The notes under the pieces: model-generated
What the model was told of the DNA's origin: nothing
What the model saw: only the letters and a program-made list of their open reading frames with translations
Databases searched by the model: none
Shown: positions 11,911 to 24,675 of the stretch, in pieces
Position numbering within the stretch: position 1 is the stretch's first letter
Layout: the number at the start of each line of letters is the position of its first letter
NCBI GenBank assembly: GCA_047495785.1
Contig: JBLDXI010000004.1
Location: 1,302,001-1,366,000 of the forward strand
Length of the DNA stretch: 64,000 nt
Reading direction: 5' to 3'
Origin: Lepidodermella squamata
Taxonomy: Eukaryota > Animalia > Gastrotricha
Made by a program: the position numbers and the translations under genes

Positions 11911-14838
11911 GTTGCTTTAAGTGAAGCGAAGAACTCGGTTCGTTGTTTTTCGCAGTTCAGCAACCGATTTAAAAGCTGCGTACCAGCTTCCGCTGGCTGC
12001 AATCCACTCACCGAATATCAGGTTTTTCTCTCTGCGATTTCTTTGAACAGCCTTAGTTGATATGCTTATCTATCTATCGATAGCTGGGCTCCATCTTGCG
12101 AACAACCGGGAGCTGCAACACAGGGGTCTGTTCTAAAATCCTTCCTGCGAAAATTCATGTCTAATATTGGTCCTTTTCATCAATAGAATGCACGGATGTG
12201 CTACAAATACGAGGCTCTTACTCCGTTTTGCGTACCTGGCAACGTTGGCTGTAACAACCCAGGTGATATGAATGTGAGCATCGTTTCATTAACCAATAAT
12301 CAAACTTTACACTTTACAATCAAACCTAAAATTCCACTGTTATTGTTGTTATATATTTTTTAATTTGCCGCAGACATTCTGGTTTGACAATCAGAAGGCG
12401 ACGCTGAGCTTGGGATTCAACCTCAACGAATGCGAGAAAAAGAAAGCTGCATTCGAGGTGAGAAATTCAAGAGACTTGGCCATTTCGCATTTCGTACTGT
12501 TCTTCATTTTTGTATCATTTCAGACTTCAAAATTCAGGCGCTGCACCTCGAGCAACGTCACCAAGACTTGTTTTCCCGATCCGTATTCCTGCCCAAACAA
12601 CTGGGTAAGTCATTTTCGCCATCGTGGGCGTCGTATTTTTGAGTCTCGGTTCGCCTATAGATTTCTGGATCAACTTTGTATCCCGGTCTCGTGTCATGCA
12701 TCAATGGAACAGGTTTGTGAATTTGATTTATTTTATCGGAGTATGAGGATGTGAGAATATATCGCATATTCACTAGTATAATTAACAAATGAAAGCAACA
12801 AATTCTTTGTCACTCGGAGAAATTTTACCATAATGTAGACGAAACCGTTGTTTGAGGGTTAGAAAATCAGGTAATATTAAGCAATTTTGATATTTTTAGC
12901 GGGCATGATTCGCAGATTACCAATGAAGGAAGTGCCACAAAAAGAAGCCTTGCGCAATTTGAATTATTGGTTGCCATTGTGAAGTTCCATCGGTCTATAG
13001 AGTTTGCTAATAAAAGTCGGGTATATTTCGCAATCCAGTACCCCTAACGAGCTCGGTACCTGGCTTTGAAAAAAAATGAGACTTCTCAGATAGAATTTAA
13101 ATCACCAAAGTCATTTTCCAGTGGGAAAAGGATGAAGTCGCTATGTTTTCCTGTTTTCAGTCACGGTCCCTGTAAGCGAGAAGCCGCACATCCGCTGCTT
13201 CGACTTGAGACGCAATTTCGGCGTCACAATTTTTTCTCAGCACTCGAAAAAATCGGGCTTTTATTCGAGGCTTTTTTTATCTTGGAGATAATATTATTCA
13301 AATAAATTCGGTATTTCAAAAGCTGCGTCCTGGTAAGTCTCATGGAAAGGCGCTATGTTTTCGTGTTTTTCGATCACGGTCCCTGTGAGCGAGAAGCCGC
13401 ACGTCCGCTGTTTCGACTCGGCAACGGGCAAATTCAACAACTGCCTGCCACAAAGCACTGGCTGCTTGGCTAACAATGAAACTCAGCAATATTCGACTAA
13501 TGTGTTCATCAACTATAGAAGTTGCCTGCTCGGGGTTAGTTCATTTACTCGCGTTTTATGCCTAACTTTGTATATATGAACAGAACGCGGTTTCATGCAA
13601 AGGTTCGTCCAACCGAAGTTCATGCTACGCAGCCTGCCCTCGAGACCTAACGCAGGTGAAACTTGGCTATTTAAAACTCGCGGATCAAAGTTTCTACGGG
13701 TGATTCTAAAACAGGTTAAGCTCTTCTCGGACTTGCAATCCTTTCAGCTAAACCACGGCAAGTGCATCACTGAGATATCGCCCACGGTAAGTTCGAACTC
13801 ACTTTCTCGCAATCACGAATGTCGCCGGCTATAGTCGCAAGTTCAATAGAAATTACATTTTATGGCATTGAGCCTAGTTCAAGCATTGATGGTAGAAGAA
13901 TAAGGCGATCAGTTCAGCTTCAAGGTTTCCCGGCTTCATTCACACAGCCAGATGAAAGGAAAGCCGTATTCCTTGCTTATCATTGATGTTCTGATAGTTT
14001 TAAATTTTTCAATTCTAAAAACTGAGAGATCTCTAAAAAGAATGATAGTCTCGTGGGACATTTCAGTCAAAGGCGTTTTATTCACAAAATTACGGTATAT
14101 TTTTCAAGAATTATTTTGTTTTTGATTAATGGAAAATCAGCAAAACAACTACATTAATTTTGCGAGTTTAACTGGAGGGAGAGAGGGACGTGTGGTGAGG
14201 GAGTTATCACCTGGCTTTAAGACTTTAAAAATCGAGAGAATATTGAATGTTACTTACTGTGCCATGCAAATTTTAGCCGGCTGCGTATTTTCGCTGCGTC
14301 GACAACAGCAATGGAACAGCTTCTTGCACCACTTCGTCTACAGGCTGCAATGCGGCAACTCAGCTTCGAATTCCGGCAAATGTGGTCTATCCGGACGAGA
14401 ACACTTGCAAGAATGCGACCAAGAAGTACTCGGTGGTGGCTTATTCGGGTGCCAGAGCTGACAGCGCGGCAAAATGCGCCGCAGTCAATGCTACGCTGGC
14501 GACAATTAGGTCAGACGCTGAGCTGGCTGCTGCGAGAAAAGCGGCAACGGCGGCGGGTTCTGATTCTTATTGGATTGCCCTAACTCGGCAAAATGGCGTA
14601 TTTAAATGGGATGATGGATCAAGTTTCACTTTCGTCACATCGCAGTGGAATTCTGTTGCTGCCGGCTGTGTTTCTCTCAAGTACGCCCTCGCCCTTGTTG
14701 ATGAAGTCCCAGCCGATGGATATTACTATAACTCTATTGAGTGTGCATCTCATTCAGCCGCAATCTTATGCGAGTCGTTTTAGTTGTACACTTTTCGGTC
14801 TTTCTTCTGCGCTATGCCTTGTAACTTGTAACTTGTGT

Positions 14839-15443
14839 GTGTCGTAGACAATGGTGAAATATTGGCCAATAACACATTGAAGTCATCTAAATTGAAATAT
14901 CACCATAGCCAGCATAAACTATCGTGAAATCGCACCTGTTGCGCAAAGTTGTCAATTGTGCGGCACTTATACGGTCATGGACTGGATCATGGACGTCGAA
15001 CGTGAAACGTCACCGTCACTCTCATGCGCACAGATTAAGCTATCGCTAAATATCACCATGGATAGTAATTATCGGGAAAAATCATTTCTTCTTGAATTTA
15101 GCCATCGAGTAATTTGATAAAAGTAAAATAAAGTGACATTTCACGATAGACAGCTCCAGTCCATGATCATAATAGTGTCGAACAGGTGACACGAATAGAG
15201 CGAAGTAGGACCGTGGAACTGGTTGGTATAACGAAAATCGACATAAGCGCAGGGTCCCTTTGGTCTTTGGGTGAGCTCACCGTACGATAGGGATGATCCC
15301 TACCATCCCTGGCGGTACTTCGCTCTCTAACTTTGTGACGACTTTGTGCGACAGGTGATATTTCACGATAGCTTATAATGGCTATCGTGATATTTCAAAA
15401 TAAATTACTCCAATGGTGTTATACTCCACTATAGCCTACGACA
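14839..15443. mobile_element. MITE with TGTCG termini and ~120-bp imperfect TIRs
   Basis: TGTCGTAG…GAAATATCACCATAGCC…CTATCGTGAAAT is inverted at 15335-15443. The element is absent from the equivalent 3' flank of other copies. Confidence 0.6.
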
Positions 15444-15937
15444 TTTATGCCACTAATAATATTTGGGGAGATCTTCTCTTCTGATCCGTGAACAACTGCT
15501 TCACCGAGTATTTAGAATAAAGCGATACATTTCAAGACAAGAGGATTTGTTAATCGGTAACAATAATTCCCACATGCCAATAGGTAAATTTTGCCATGGA
15601 GAAACAAACGTTTTTTCTATGAAGCAGCGTCCGCACTGGTTCGAATTTCACAACATTCGCGAAACTAGTTAATACGCGGTTAAAAGCACAAATGTAATTT
15701 TCTAAATCTTTAAGCCCAACGCCTTTGATGCTGTTCTAGGGGCGTAACATCAAAAAAAGATATTTTCATCCCTGGCAGCTCGGGGGTCCACCTGGAAACG
15801 TACCTGGACACGTCGGCTGTAACAACCCGGGTGATATGAATGTGAGCCTCGTTTCACTAACCAATCATATACAATAAAACATCAAATTGCATTGCTATAT
15901 TGTTATTATATTTTTCATTTTTTTAATATGCCGCATA

Positions 15938-16033
15938 CCGTAGTTACCGAAATAGAAGCCTAGGCGGCAACCCTTTGTCAGCACTTTGATGTTCTTTGTA
16001 GTGCCGCCCAGGCTTGTATTTCGGTAACTACGG
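15938..16033. mobile_element. Short TA-flanked MITE
   Basis: TIR CCGTAGTTACCGAAATA…, TA on both sides. Confidence 0.8.
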
Positions 16034-16506
16034 TAATTTGCCACAGACTTTCTGGTTCGACAATCAGAATGCGACGTTGAGCTTGAAATACAACCTCAAC
16101 GAATGTGAGAAAAAGAAAGCGGCATTCGAGGTGAGAATTCAGGAAACCTGGTCTTTACGGAATATGCTTTACATTTATATCCTTCCAGACTTCGAAATTC
16201 AGGCGCTGTACGTCGAACAATGTCATCAATACTTGTGTTTGTGTTCCAGATCCGTATTCCTGCCCCAACAACTGGGTGTGTAATTTGCACCGTCACGGGT
16301 CCGTTTTTATTCTCGGCTTGGTTTCGCCTCCAGGTTACTGAAACTGTGTATCCGAATCTTGCGTCTTGCACCAATGGAACAGGTTTGTGGGTTTAGATCA
16401 AGATACTGTTTCAACAATTAAACAAAACGAAATTATTTCCGATCGGGAATTAGAGAGTCCCGAACAGTGCATTGATTTAATTTATTGACTTGATTTACCG
16501 CTTTAA

Positions 16507-16887
16507 CCCTTAGCCGCCGGCGCAATGACGTGTTAACTCGAGCATCTTTCAGAAAATCCCAGAAAATCAAGAAGAGGCTAAAATCAAATTCTGAGTCGGC
16601 ACAAAGTCTTACATTTAGCCTTAGATTGAAAGCCGAACCTCTTTACCTAGGTTGCCGTTGCTATGACGTGTTAACGCGTTTTCATGCCGTGTTAACAAGT
16701 CATTTAAAAATTGTCTCACTATTTTCGACCTGGTCAGAATGGCTTTGAAATTTTCGGGGAGTGCTTGTTTCTTGCTATTGATTTATCATAATTTACGACG
16801 TAACAATGGGTTCGATAGCCCAAATCCTCCGACCACGGTGAATTTTCTCCGGAATTAACGCGTGTACACGTCTTCGGCGGCTAAGGG
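16507..16887. mobile_element. piggyBac-type MITE
   Basis: TTAA|CCCTTAGCCGCCG … CGGCGGCTAAGGG|TTAA. The paralogous intron in copy 5 (~35641) shows the empty site. Confidence 0.9.
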
Positions 16888-16972
16888 TTAATAAGGGACC
16901 TCCTCGAATCGATCAAAGTCAATCATTGTCCCGTTGTTCGTGTTCTGTTCCAATCTTTTAATTTCCCAATTC

Positions 16973-17359
16973 AGTATCTCTAATAAGCTCGATAGCGGGG
17001 TAACAGCGCATTTTAGAAAAAATGCAAGCCTTCCCAAGACTCCAGATCCAATCAGTCGTTGTTCTGCGGAATTGAATTCAAATCGAAAGCTGTAGATTCG
17101 AAAATCCACGTTTTACGGTGGATCTTTGAGTAACCATTTGGACTAAACAGAAACTTTGAAGATTGCTAACCAGTAGACGAGCCAATGTCCAAATGGTTAA
17201 TCAAAAATCCACCGTAAAACGTGGATTTTCGAATCTACAGCTTTCGATTTGAATTCAATTCCGCAGAACGCAGCGACTGATTGGATCTGGAGTCTTGGGA
17301 AGGCTTGCATTTTTTCCAAAATGCGCTGTTACCCCGCTATCGAGCTTATTAGAGATACT
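16973..17359. mobile_element. Foldback element (~170-bp arms, short spacer)
   Basis: AGTATCTCTAATAAGCTCGATAGCGGGG…CCATTTGGAC and its reverse complement. A shorter related copy lies at ~36120-36270. Confidence 0.8.
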
Positions 17360-17848
17360 TCTAGCTTTCGATATCCTTCTAAGGACAGTCGCTTTGTCCA
17401 CATTTAAACAGTCCGACGTCATTTTTAAGCCTTGCATGATAATGATGGAGATTCATTTTTTCGTGTTTCTAAGTCACGGTCCCTGTAAGCGAGAAGCCGC
17501 ACATCCGCTGTATCGACTCGATAACTGGCAAATTCAACGGCTGCCCCGCACAAAGCACTGCTGCTTGGCTAACAATGAAATATTCGACTAATTTGTTCAT
17601 AATGGAAAATGCCTTGAAACTGCACTCAACCGAGACCAACACGGACTTGAACCCTTCAACACGCACCGAAAAAGAAACGGGGACGTGACACGTTCCATCG
17701 CACCACAAGGCGTGTCGCAATAGAAAATATCGAAAACAACAACAGCAACAACGCACCGTCATTCACCATTCATTGGATAAACTTTTTACACAATTTTACA
17801 CATATCGTGAATTTTCAGCTGATTTTTTTCCAAGGCTCATTCGATCAA

Positions 17849-20481
17849 ATGGTTTCGTATCACTGTGCTCTGCTGATAACCCTATTGCTGGCGTCATGTG
17901 GCACAGCATCGGGCAAAGAGTTGAACTGGGTTCGCTGCTTCTCGCAGCTCAGCAACCGATTCACCAACTGCGTACCAGCTGCCAATGGCTGTAATCCACT
18001 CAACGAATACCAGGTTTACACCTATTTACTTGCATGGGTGCAGTAACTTGATGATTGTTGAATTTTTCACCAACTAGTGGGGCGGCATTTTTCGAACAAC
18101 TGGCGTCTGCAACACTGGCGTTAGTTTTACTCTTCAGTTTGTTGTTTGTTAATTAATTCCCCTGTTTTTCCGATAGAATGCCCGAATGTGCTACAAATAC
18201 GCGGCTCTTACCCCGTTTTGCGTACCTGGTAACATTGGCTGTAACAACCCGGGTGATATGAATGTTAGCCTCGTTCTATTTTTTGAATGTCTCTAAATAA
18301 AAAAAAATTCTGCTCTTCTCACATCGTTGAATTAATACGACTTTTGTATTTCAGACTTTCTGGTTCAACGATCAGAATGCGACGTTGAGTTTAAAATACA
18401 ACCTCAACGAATGTGAGAAGCAACGAGCTGCTTTCGATGTAATAACTTCCAAACCTCTGTTGACAGTGCTCATGATTAATTTTTGTTCAACCATCGTAGA
18501 AATTGTCAAAATTCCGGCGCTGCACCTCGAATAACGTCATCAAAACGTGTGTTCCGGATCCGTTCACTTGCCCTGAAAATTGGGTTAGTTTTGTTGAATT
18601 TTCCTATTCAAAAATTACTCAATTGAATTACTCATTTATTCCTCTTCTAGATCACTGAATCGACATTTACTCAGATTTAACGTCGTGCATCAACACCACG
18701 CGTGAGTCAAATATTAAAATCGGTTATTTGAAAAGACTAAGATAACATTTCAATCTAAATATGGAATGAGGGACCTTAATTTGTCGACAAGTTAAATGGT
18801 CAGCGAATTGTATTTCCGTTAAATCAAATTTATCAATGATTGTAAGAAAATACCGAGATTTTCATTCCTGCATTACAAAATTTGATGAACTATTGGGACA
18901 ACTGTTAATTAACGCCGAAAAATTTCGCAGCAGGAAAATGAAATTAACACGAGTGGTGTTTTTCAATCGCAGAGTCTGTTCCGATCAGCGAGAAGCCGCA
19001 CATCCGCTGTTTTGATTCGACAACAAGCAAATTCACAAACTGCCGACCTCAAAGCACTGGCTGCTTGGCTAACGCTGAAACTCAGCAATATTCGACTGAT
19101 GTGTTCATCAACTATCAAAGCTGCCTGCTCGGAGTGAGTCTTTTCTAATTTACTCGCATTTGATGTCTATAATATTATTTTTCAACAGAACGCGGTTTCA
19201 TGCAAACATCCGCCTAAACGAAGTTCATGCTATGCAGCCTGCCCTCGAGACCTAACCCAGGTGAAACTTGGTTATTGAAAACTCGCGGATCAATTATTTT
19301 ATGTGTGTGATTCTCAAACAGGTTAAGCTCTTCTCGGACTCGCAATCTTTTCAACTGAACTACGACAAGTGCATCGATGAGATATCGCACAAGGTGAGTT
19401 CTCATTAACTTGTTTTAAATCAAGAATGCCGCCAGCTAGTTGAAAGTTCAATTTAAAGTACATAGGGCCTAGTTTAAGCATGCGTTTGATGGTAGAGCAA
19501 CAAGGCGATCAGTTTAGCTTCAAGATTTCCCGGCTTCATTCGGACAATCCGATGAAAGGAAAGCCGTATTCCATGCTTACCGTGGATGTTCAAATACCTG
19601 TTAAATTTTCAATTCCTAAAACTTAAAGATCTCAAAAAAGAATGGGATAGTCTCTTGGGACGTAATTTCAATGTTTTCGGGCCCTACCGTTTCAACTAAA
19701 CTGCGCTGCTTAACGCGATGGCGTTTTATTCACAAAAATGCGGCAATTTGAATAGAAATATTATTATTTTTTGATTAATTGAAATCAGCAGCAAAAACGT
19801 ATGATTCATTTTACGAGACTAACGGGAGGGAAAGAGGGACGTGGCGTGAGGGAGCACTCAATTATCATTTATTCTATTATTTCTATCATTTTAAACAAAA
19901 AATCGAGATAAAAAGTGTGACTCACTGTCCCATGTAAATTTTAGCCGGCTGCGTATTTCCGCTGCGTCGACAACAGCGATGGCGCTGTTCATTGCGTCAC
20001 CGAGTCGACAGGCTGCAATGCGGCAACTCAGCTTCGAATTCCAGCTAATGTGGTCTATCCGGACGAGAACACTTGCAACAATGCGACCAAGAAGTACACG
20101 GCGGTGGTTTCTTATGGACTCAGAGCTAATCTCATGCCCAAATGCGCCGAGATAAATGCTACATTTGCCACGATTAGGTCTGACGCTGAGCTAGCCGCCG
20201 CTAGGCTCGCGCTCCAGCAGGCTAGCTCTGCACTAGGTTCCACGGTTTATACGGCATTGGTCGCTCTCAGTCGGCAAAACGGCATACTCAAATGGGATGA
20301 CGGATCGAGCTTCACTTACGTCGAAACGCAATGGGCTATGGTTCCATCTGATGATGGGTGTCCACGCTTAGTTTACTATACTAAAGGTTCACATAACCTT
20401 CCATCAGACGGTTATTACTATTTGTTAGATGATTGTGATAATACCTTTTCATACGGTATCTTGTGCGAGTATTTTGAGTGA
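17849..20481 (+). pseudogene. Cys-module/C-type lectin gene copy 3 (one 1-nt frameshift in exon 6; possibly functional if the indel is an assembly error)
   Basis: All 10 exons have GT-AG sites. Exon 6 reads ACA TTT ACT CAG ATT TAA; adding one T restores ITESTFYSDLTSCINTT. Terminal exon 19945-20481 is intact. Confidence 0.75.
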
Positions 20482-21067
20482 AGCTATTGAGCCTTTTTCT
20501 GATAATTTCTCGCGAGATGTTTCGCGACGAAGTTAAGGTGAATAATTGTATGTGATAAAAAGGAGAGATAATTGATCTGACTAATAGATAATTCCGCCGT
20601 GCGTTTAGAAATAAAGTGTGTGTGAAGTAATAGTGAAACATGTATGCTCTTCTACGGGGCACTTTGATGACTCTGATTACGCTCAGTAATTTTGATGATT
20701 ATGGTATCGCTGTGGTACACTTTTCTTTTGAACAATTCCTTGTGAGATTGTCGTAAGAAGCCGAAGTAAAATGATAATATTTGGAGAGATTATATTCTTC
20801 TCACACGTCAACAATTGCTTCACCGAGCATTTAGAATCAAGTCGGTCAGCTATCAAGACGACAAGATGCGTTAACCGGTATAGCAATTGTTATATTAAGG
20901 GTGCTGAGAATTAAGGAATCTTAACGGTGCTAAGGGCAGAAACGAGATTCCGGCCCGCTGAAAATGCCCGAGGGTGGCGATTACATTGCGATTACATTGC
21001 TGATAACTGCAATGAAACATCGAAGAATTCGCGTTTGAGAGTGCGTTTGAGAGCGCGTTTGAGTTTG

Positions 21068-21309
21068 CAGTGTGCGACTTTCAGGGGGGGATGGGATCCC
21101 CCTCCAGCTCGACCGGGCCAGACAACAAAATGAGAATTTATCCCACTGTTTTGTTAATTTTGAAAGGTTCTGGGGCGTGTTTTAGTGGAAAATCTCAAAA
21201 ATGTTCTCGCTTCGCTCGGTTAGTAGCCCAAATGACTCGTCATTTTGGCAAATACAGCAAACAATTTTTTTCCATCACTGGGAGCTCGCGGATCGAAGAT
21301 CGCACCCTG
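21068..21309. mobile_element. hAT MITE family A (copy)
   Basis: CAGTGTGCGACTTTC…GATCGCACCCTG. Same family as 45410-45648, with partial copies at ~53850-54023, ~62100-62310 and ~31170-31208. Confidence 0.75.
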
Positions 21310-21323
21310 TTTGAGACTATTGG

Positions 21324-21769
21324 AACAGTGCAAAATTCCAGGAAACGATTCGCCGAATAAGCTGATCAACGAGTTTCGGAGGAAAATCTCTGTGCGAAGC
21401 GACTGCATTGGGATTATTTGGCTATGATCCTGACCAGCTTGAAGAACCGATTTGAATCGCGCCAGTTCACGGTAGACGCCAGTTTTTAAGTAAATCACTG
21501 CACGGCGCATGTCAAATATCCAGAACTGACTATTTTGATTGTTTATAAGCTCATCTCACACACACAGTTTAAGCGTTCAATTAAAATGGTTTTTGTTAAA
21601 ATGATTTCTTTGGTTCTAATTTTGCTTAGCTATAGTTTAATCCCTTAATGGAGTCGTCCAGTAATTCAGTGATTCGGATTTCAACAGAAATAAAAAAAAG
21701 ATCAACCTTAAACACGTGGACGGGCGGAAACCCATTTTCCATTGAAGCAAAAAATTACCAACCACGTGC
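21324..21769 (+). repeat. 446-bp direct repeat, left copy (flanks LINE)
   Basis: Appears identical to 23115-23560 (offset 1791). Confidence 0.95.
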
Positions 21770-23114
21770 ACTTATGCCGATGACGCTGCAAACTGGGCAT
21801 GGGGGCCCCATTATGAGCAATGTGTTTCGCGGCTTCAGTCTCGCTTACGTTCGACAGAAACCTGGTGTGCTAGATGGCGACTTGACCTCAACCCGACAAA
21901 GTGTGAGTGTATTATAATCGGTCATCATGGCGCCTCCTCCCCCTCCGTCCTATTGTCTATTGGTGGCGTGCGAATCCCGCAAGTGAAAGAGGTTAAGTAC
22001 CTCGGAATCACATTGACTTCGAAACTCTCGTGGGAGAGTCATCTTGATCGGCTATCAGCGAAAATCAAACCCCGAGCTGCATGCTTACGCGGCATCGCCG
22101 CACGAAAAGTTGTCCCTAGTGACCTCTGCGTTCGTTTTAGCAAAGTCCTCATCGAAAGTGTCCTTACCTACGGCTCACCAGCCTGGTATTGTCTACCCAA
22201 GTCGTCCGAGCTACGTCTGTTCGGCTTCCAGGCCCACGGCTTGAAAGCTGCATTGGATCTGCCTATCGAGTGCGACCCTTTCGGTGTTGTCGTCGAAGCT
22301 GGCGTGGAAGCAATCAGCGACGTATTTAAGCATCAACTGATGCGGTACGCCATCAGGTGCCTCAACGCAAATAACGGGATGAAGGATTATATATCCTACG
22401 TTGCCAGCTTCCAGCCTGACGCCTTCGGCCTCCGAATGCTGGAGAAGCACTGTCCAGCATGGCACTTGCGTGACTGCATTAGTGCCCCGGCTAAGCCCTG
22501 CCGCCTCATCACCGACATTTTCCCTAAAAACTAATGTGAGCCTGTGGTTTCCTGTATTTCCTTTAGGTGCCCTTGCGATCCTCGCCCTTCTGAGCCCCTC
22601 TCGAGCCAGCCCGATTAATACGTAAGCTTACCGTTTAATAAATTGATCTCTGCCTTGCCTTACAGAGCCCTGAGCCTGAGCCTGAGTCGTCATGAGCCTG
22701 ACCTTGAGCCTTGAGCCTTTCGGAACCTGAGCCTTGTCTGATGAGCTGGAATAGCCCTGCCTGTAAGCCCTTAATTATTGCCGTTAACCACCTTCGATAA
22801 TTTTCAGCCCTACTCAATTTGCGCAACGAGCCCGAACCCTCGATCGACTTTTCTACCTTTCTACAAAAACGCACAAAAAGCCAACAAAAATCGACAAAAA
22901 AAAAAATCGACAAAAAAATACAAAAAAAAAAAAAAAAAAAAAAAATAATAACATAAAACTCGAAACTATGAACTGCCTATGATAATGTTCAATTTATAAA
23001 TGCTACGAGCCCTAGATAGCATGGGGGCAATATATTTTCATGCTCTAATGCCACTCATATGTGCCTATAGCGCCGGCCGGCGGAGGGCCTATATAAATAA
23101 AACTACGACATGCT
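21770..23114 (+). mobile_element. 5'-truncated non-LTR retrotransposon (RT C-terminal half + 3' UTR)
   Basis: The open frame from 21770 reads TYADDAA…WRLDLNPTKC…KYLGITLTSKLSWESHL…LTYGSPAW to a stop at 22534. An A-rich tract lies at ~22896-22945. Confidence 0.9.
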
Positions 23115-23560
23115 AACAGTGCAAAATTCCAGGAAACGATTCGCCGAATAAGCTGATCAACGAGTTTCGGAGGAAAATCTCTGTGCGAAGCGACTGCATT
23201 GGGATTATTTGGCTATGATCCTGACCAGCTTGAAGAACCGATTTGAATCGCGCCAGTTCACGGTAGACGCCAGTTTTTAAGTAAATCACTGCACGGCGCA
23301 TGTCAAATATCCAGAACTGACTATTTTGATTGTTTATAAGCTCATCTCACACACACAGTTTAAGCGTTCAATTAAAATGGTTTTTGTTAAAATGATTTCT
23401 TTGGTTCTAATTTTGCTTAGCTATAGTTTAATCCCTTAATGGAGTCGTCCAGTAATTCAGTGATTCGGATTTCAACAGAAATAAAAAAAAGATCAACCTT
23501 AAACACGTGGACGGGCGGAAACCCATTTTCCATTGAAGCAAAAAATTACCAACCACGTGC
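23115..23560 (+). repeat. 446-bp direct repeat, right copy
   Basis: Appears identical to 21324-21769. Confidence 0.95.
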
Positions 23561-24675
23561 GAACAAGAAGTTGATTGATTTTCATCAAAGTCACGCCGCA
23601 TCGGCCAAGATCGACAGGATACTACAACCTTTTAAATAACATAAAATTCGCGAATGTTTGTGTGGAGATCACAGATTCTCGTGAATGAGGACGCAAACAA
23701 GTTACTGAGACACGAGGTTCGGCACCTGAATTTCTAACATCGCCCGGTTTCCTGTGATCTTCATGCAAGAGCAGTGAACTTCAACCGACTTAATCGTTAC
23801 GAATTACGATAAATGTAAATGTAATGCATTAACCTACGGAAAAAGAGGGTCGCGCTCCCTTACACGACCCCCAATTTTAGAAGCCCTGCATTATAGATAT
23901 GGATTAATAGTAATGTCTACATGGAATTTAAGTGGTCCTTGCGGTTAAAATTCTCATGGTAACTTACATTTAATCCTTAGATATTGTCAGGTTTTTACAA
24001 CGTCCCAGGTGATAAAATTTATGTAAAGCATGCGGCTAAAACTTAATTTAATTTATTCAAATTGTTAATAAAAATATTCTTGTATTTTATTTTATTGTCA
24101 GTAATTATTGTTTCAGCTTAACAATTATTTTCCTTCACACTTCTCCATGTTTCGTTCAAAGTTCAGATTTGTTACTGCTCAACGGGCGTTTTCGATGAGT
24201 GCTCGCGCGTTACAATTTTCTAACTATGGTTTTCTGCTTGGTTCGGGTCATGTTAATCTACTGAGTATTTCGCACTTGTTTCACGCTTACCGATACGTTG
24301 AAAGGGAGAAGTGCTATCGAATACTTGGCTCATTTTAGTTGTAGATCAATTTTGACTTTCTGCGCTGGCTTGTTATCTGCGGCTTGCAATACGGGTTGGC
24401 TGGTTTGTCTCCTCCTAAATTTAGTATGCTGTCCTTGAAGCTTCAACTTGTCATGTATATGCACGAACAGTTTAGGCTTTTGCTAGTCTATAGCACTAGC
24501 GACTATGTTTTTCAAGGTCTTGGCATCTCTTACAGCTAGCTCGAGTTGATTTTTAGCTTTCTTCCATTACTTACTTCCTTAGATGTTTTGATTACCATGA
24601 ATCTGGCTGAATTTGTTAGCGACATGCTTTCCTACCTTTTCAATCTGCTAACCTCTGATAATTTCCTTTTTCTAG

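Larger units (their letters stand above)
10907..14783 (+). pseudogene. Cys-module/C-type lectin gene copy 1 (10 exons; disrupted)
   Basis: The signal peptide MVAYHVAMLVALLMLVSSDVA is interrupted by a hAT insertion (10972-11910). The exon-7 acceptor is mutated (TTTTCGAT at ~13370) beside a partial exon-7 duplicate (~13161). The remaining exons splice in frame, and terminal exon 14277-14783 encodes an intact module + CTLD. Confidence 0.75.
15797..17600 (+). pseudogene. Cys-module gene copy 2 (internal fragment, exons 3-7)
   Basis: Partial exon 3 (…VGCNNPGDMN), exons 4-6, and a degenerate frameshifted exon 7. No signal-peptide exon and no lectin exon. Confidence 0.75.

Noticed and set aside
21324-23560. 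LTR retrotransposon/TRIM
   Set aside because: The repeats lack shared TG…CA ends, PBS and PPT. The interior is a LINE RT 3' end starting abruptly at YADD.
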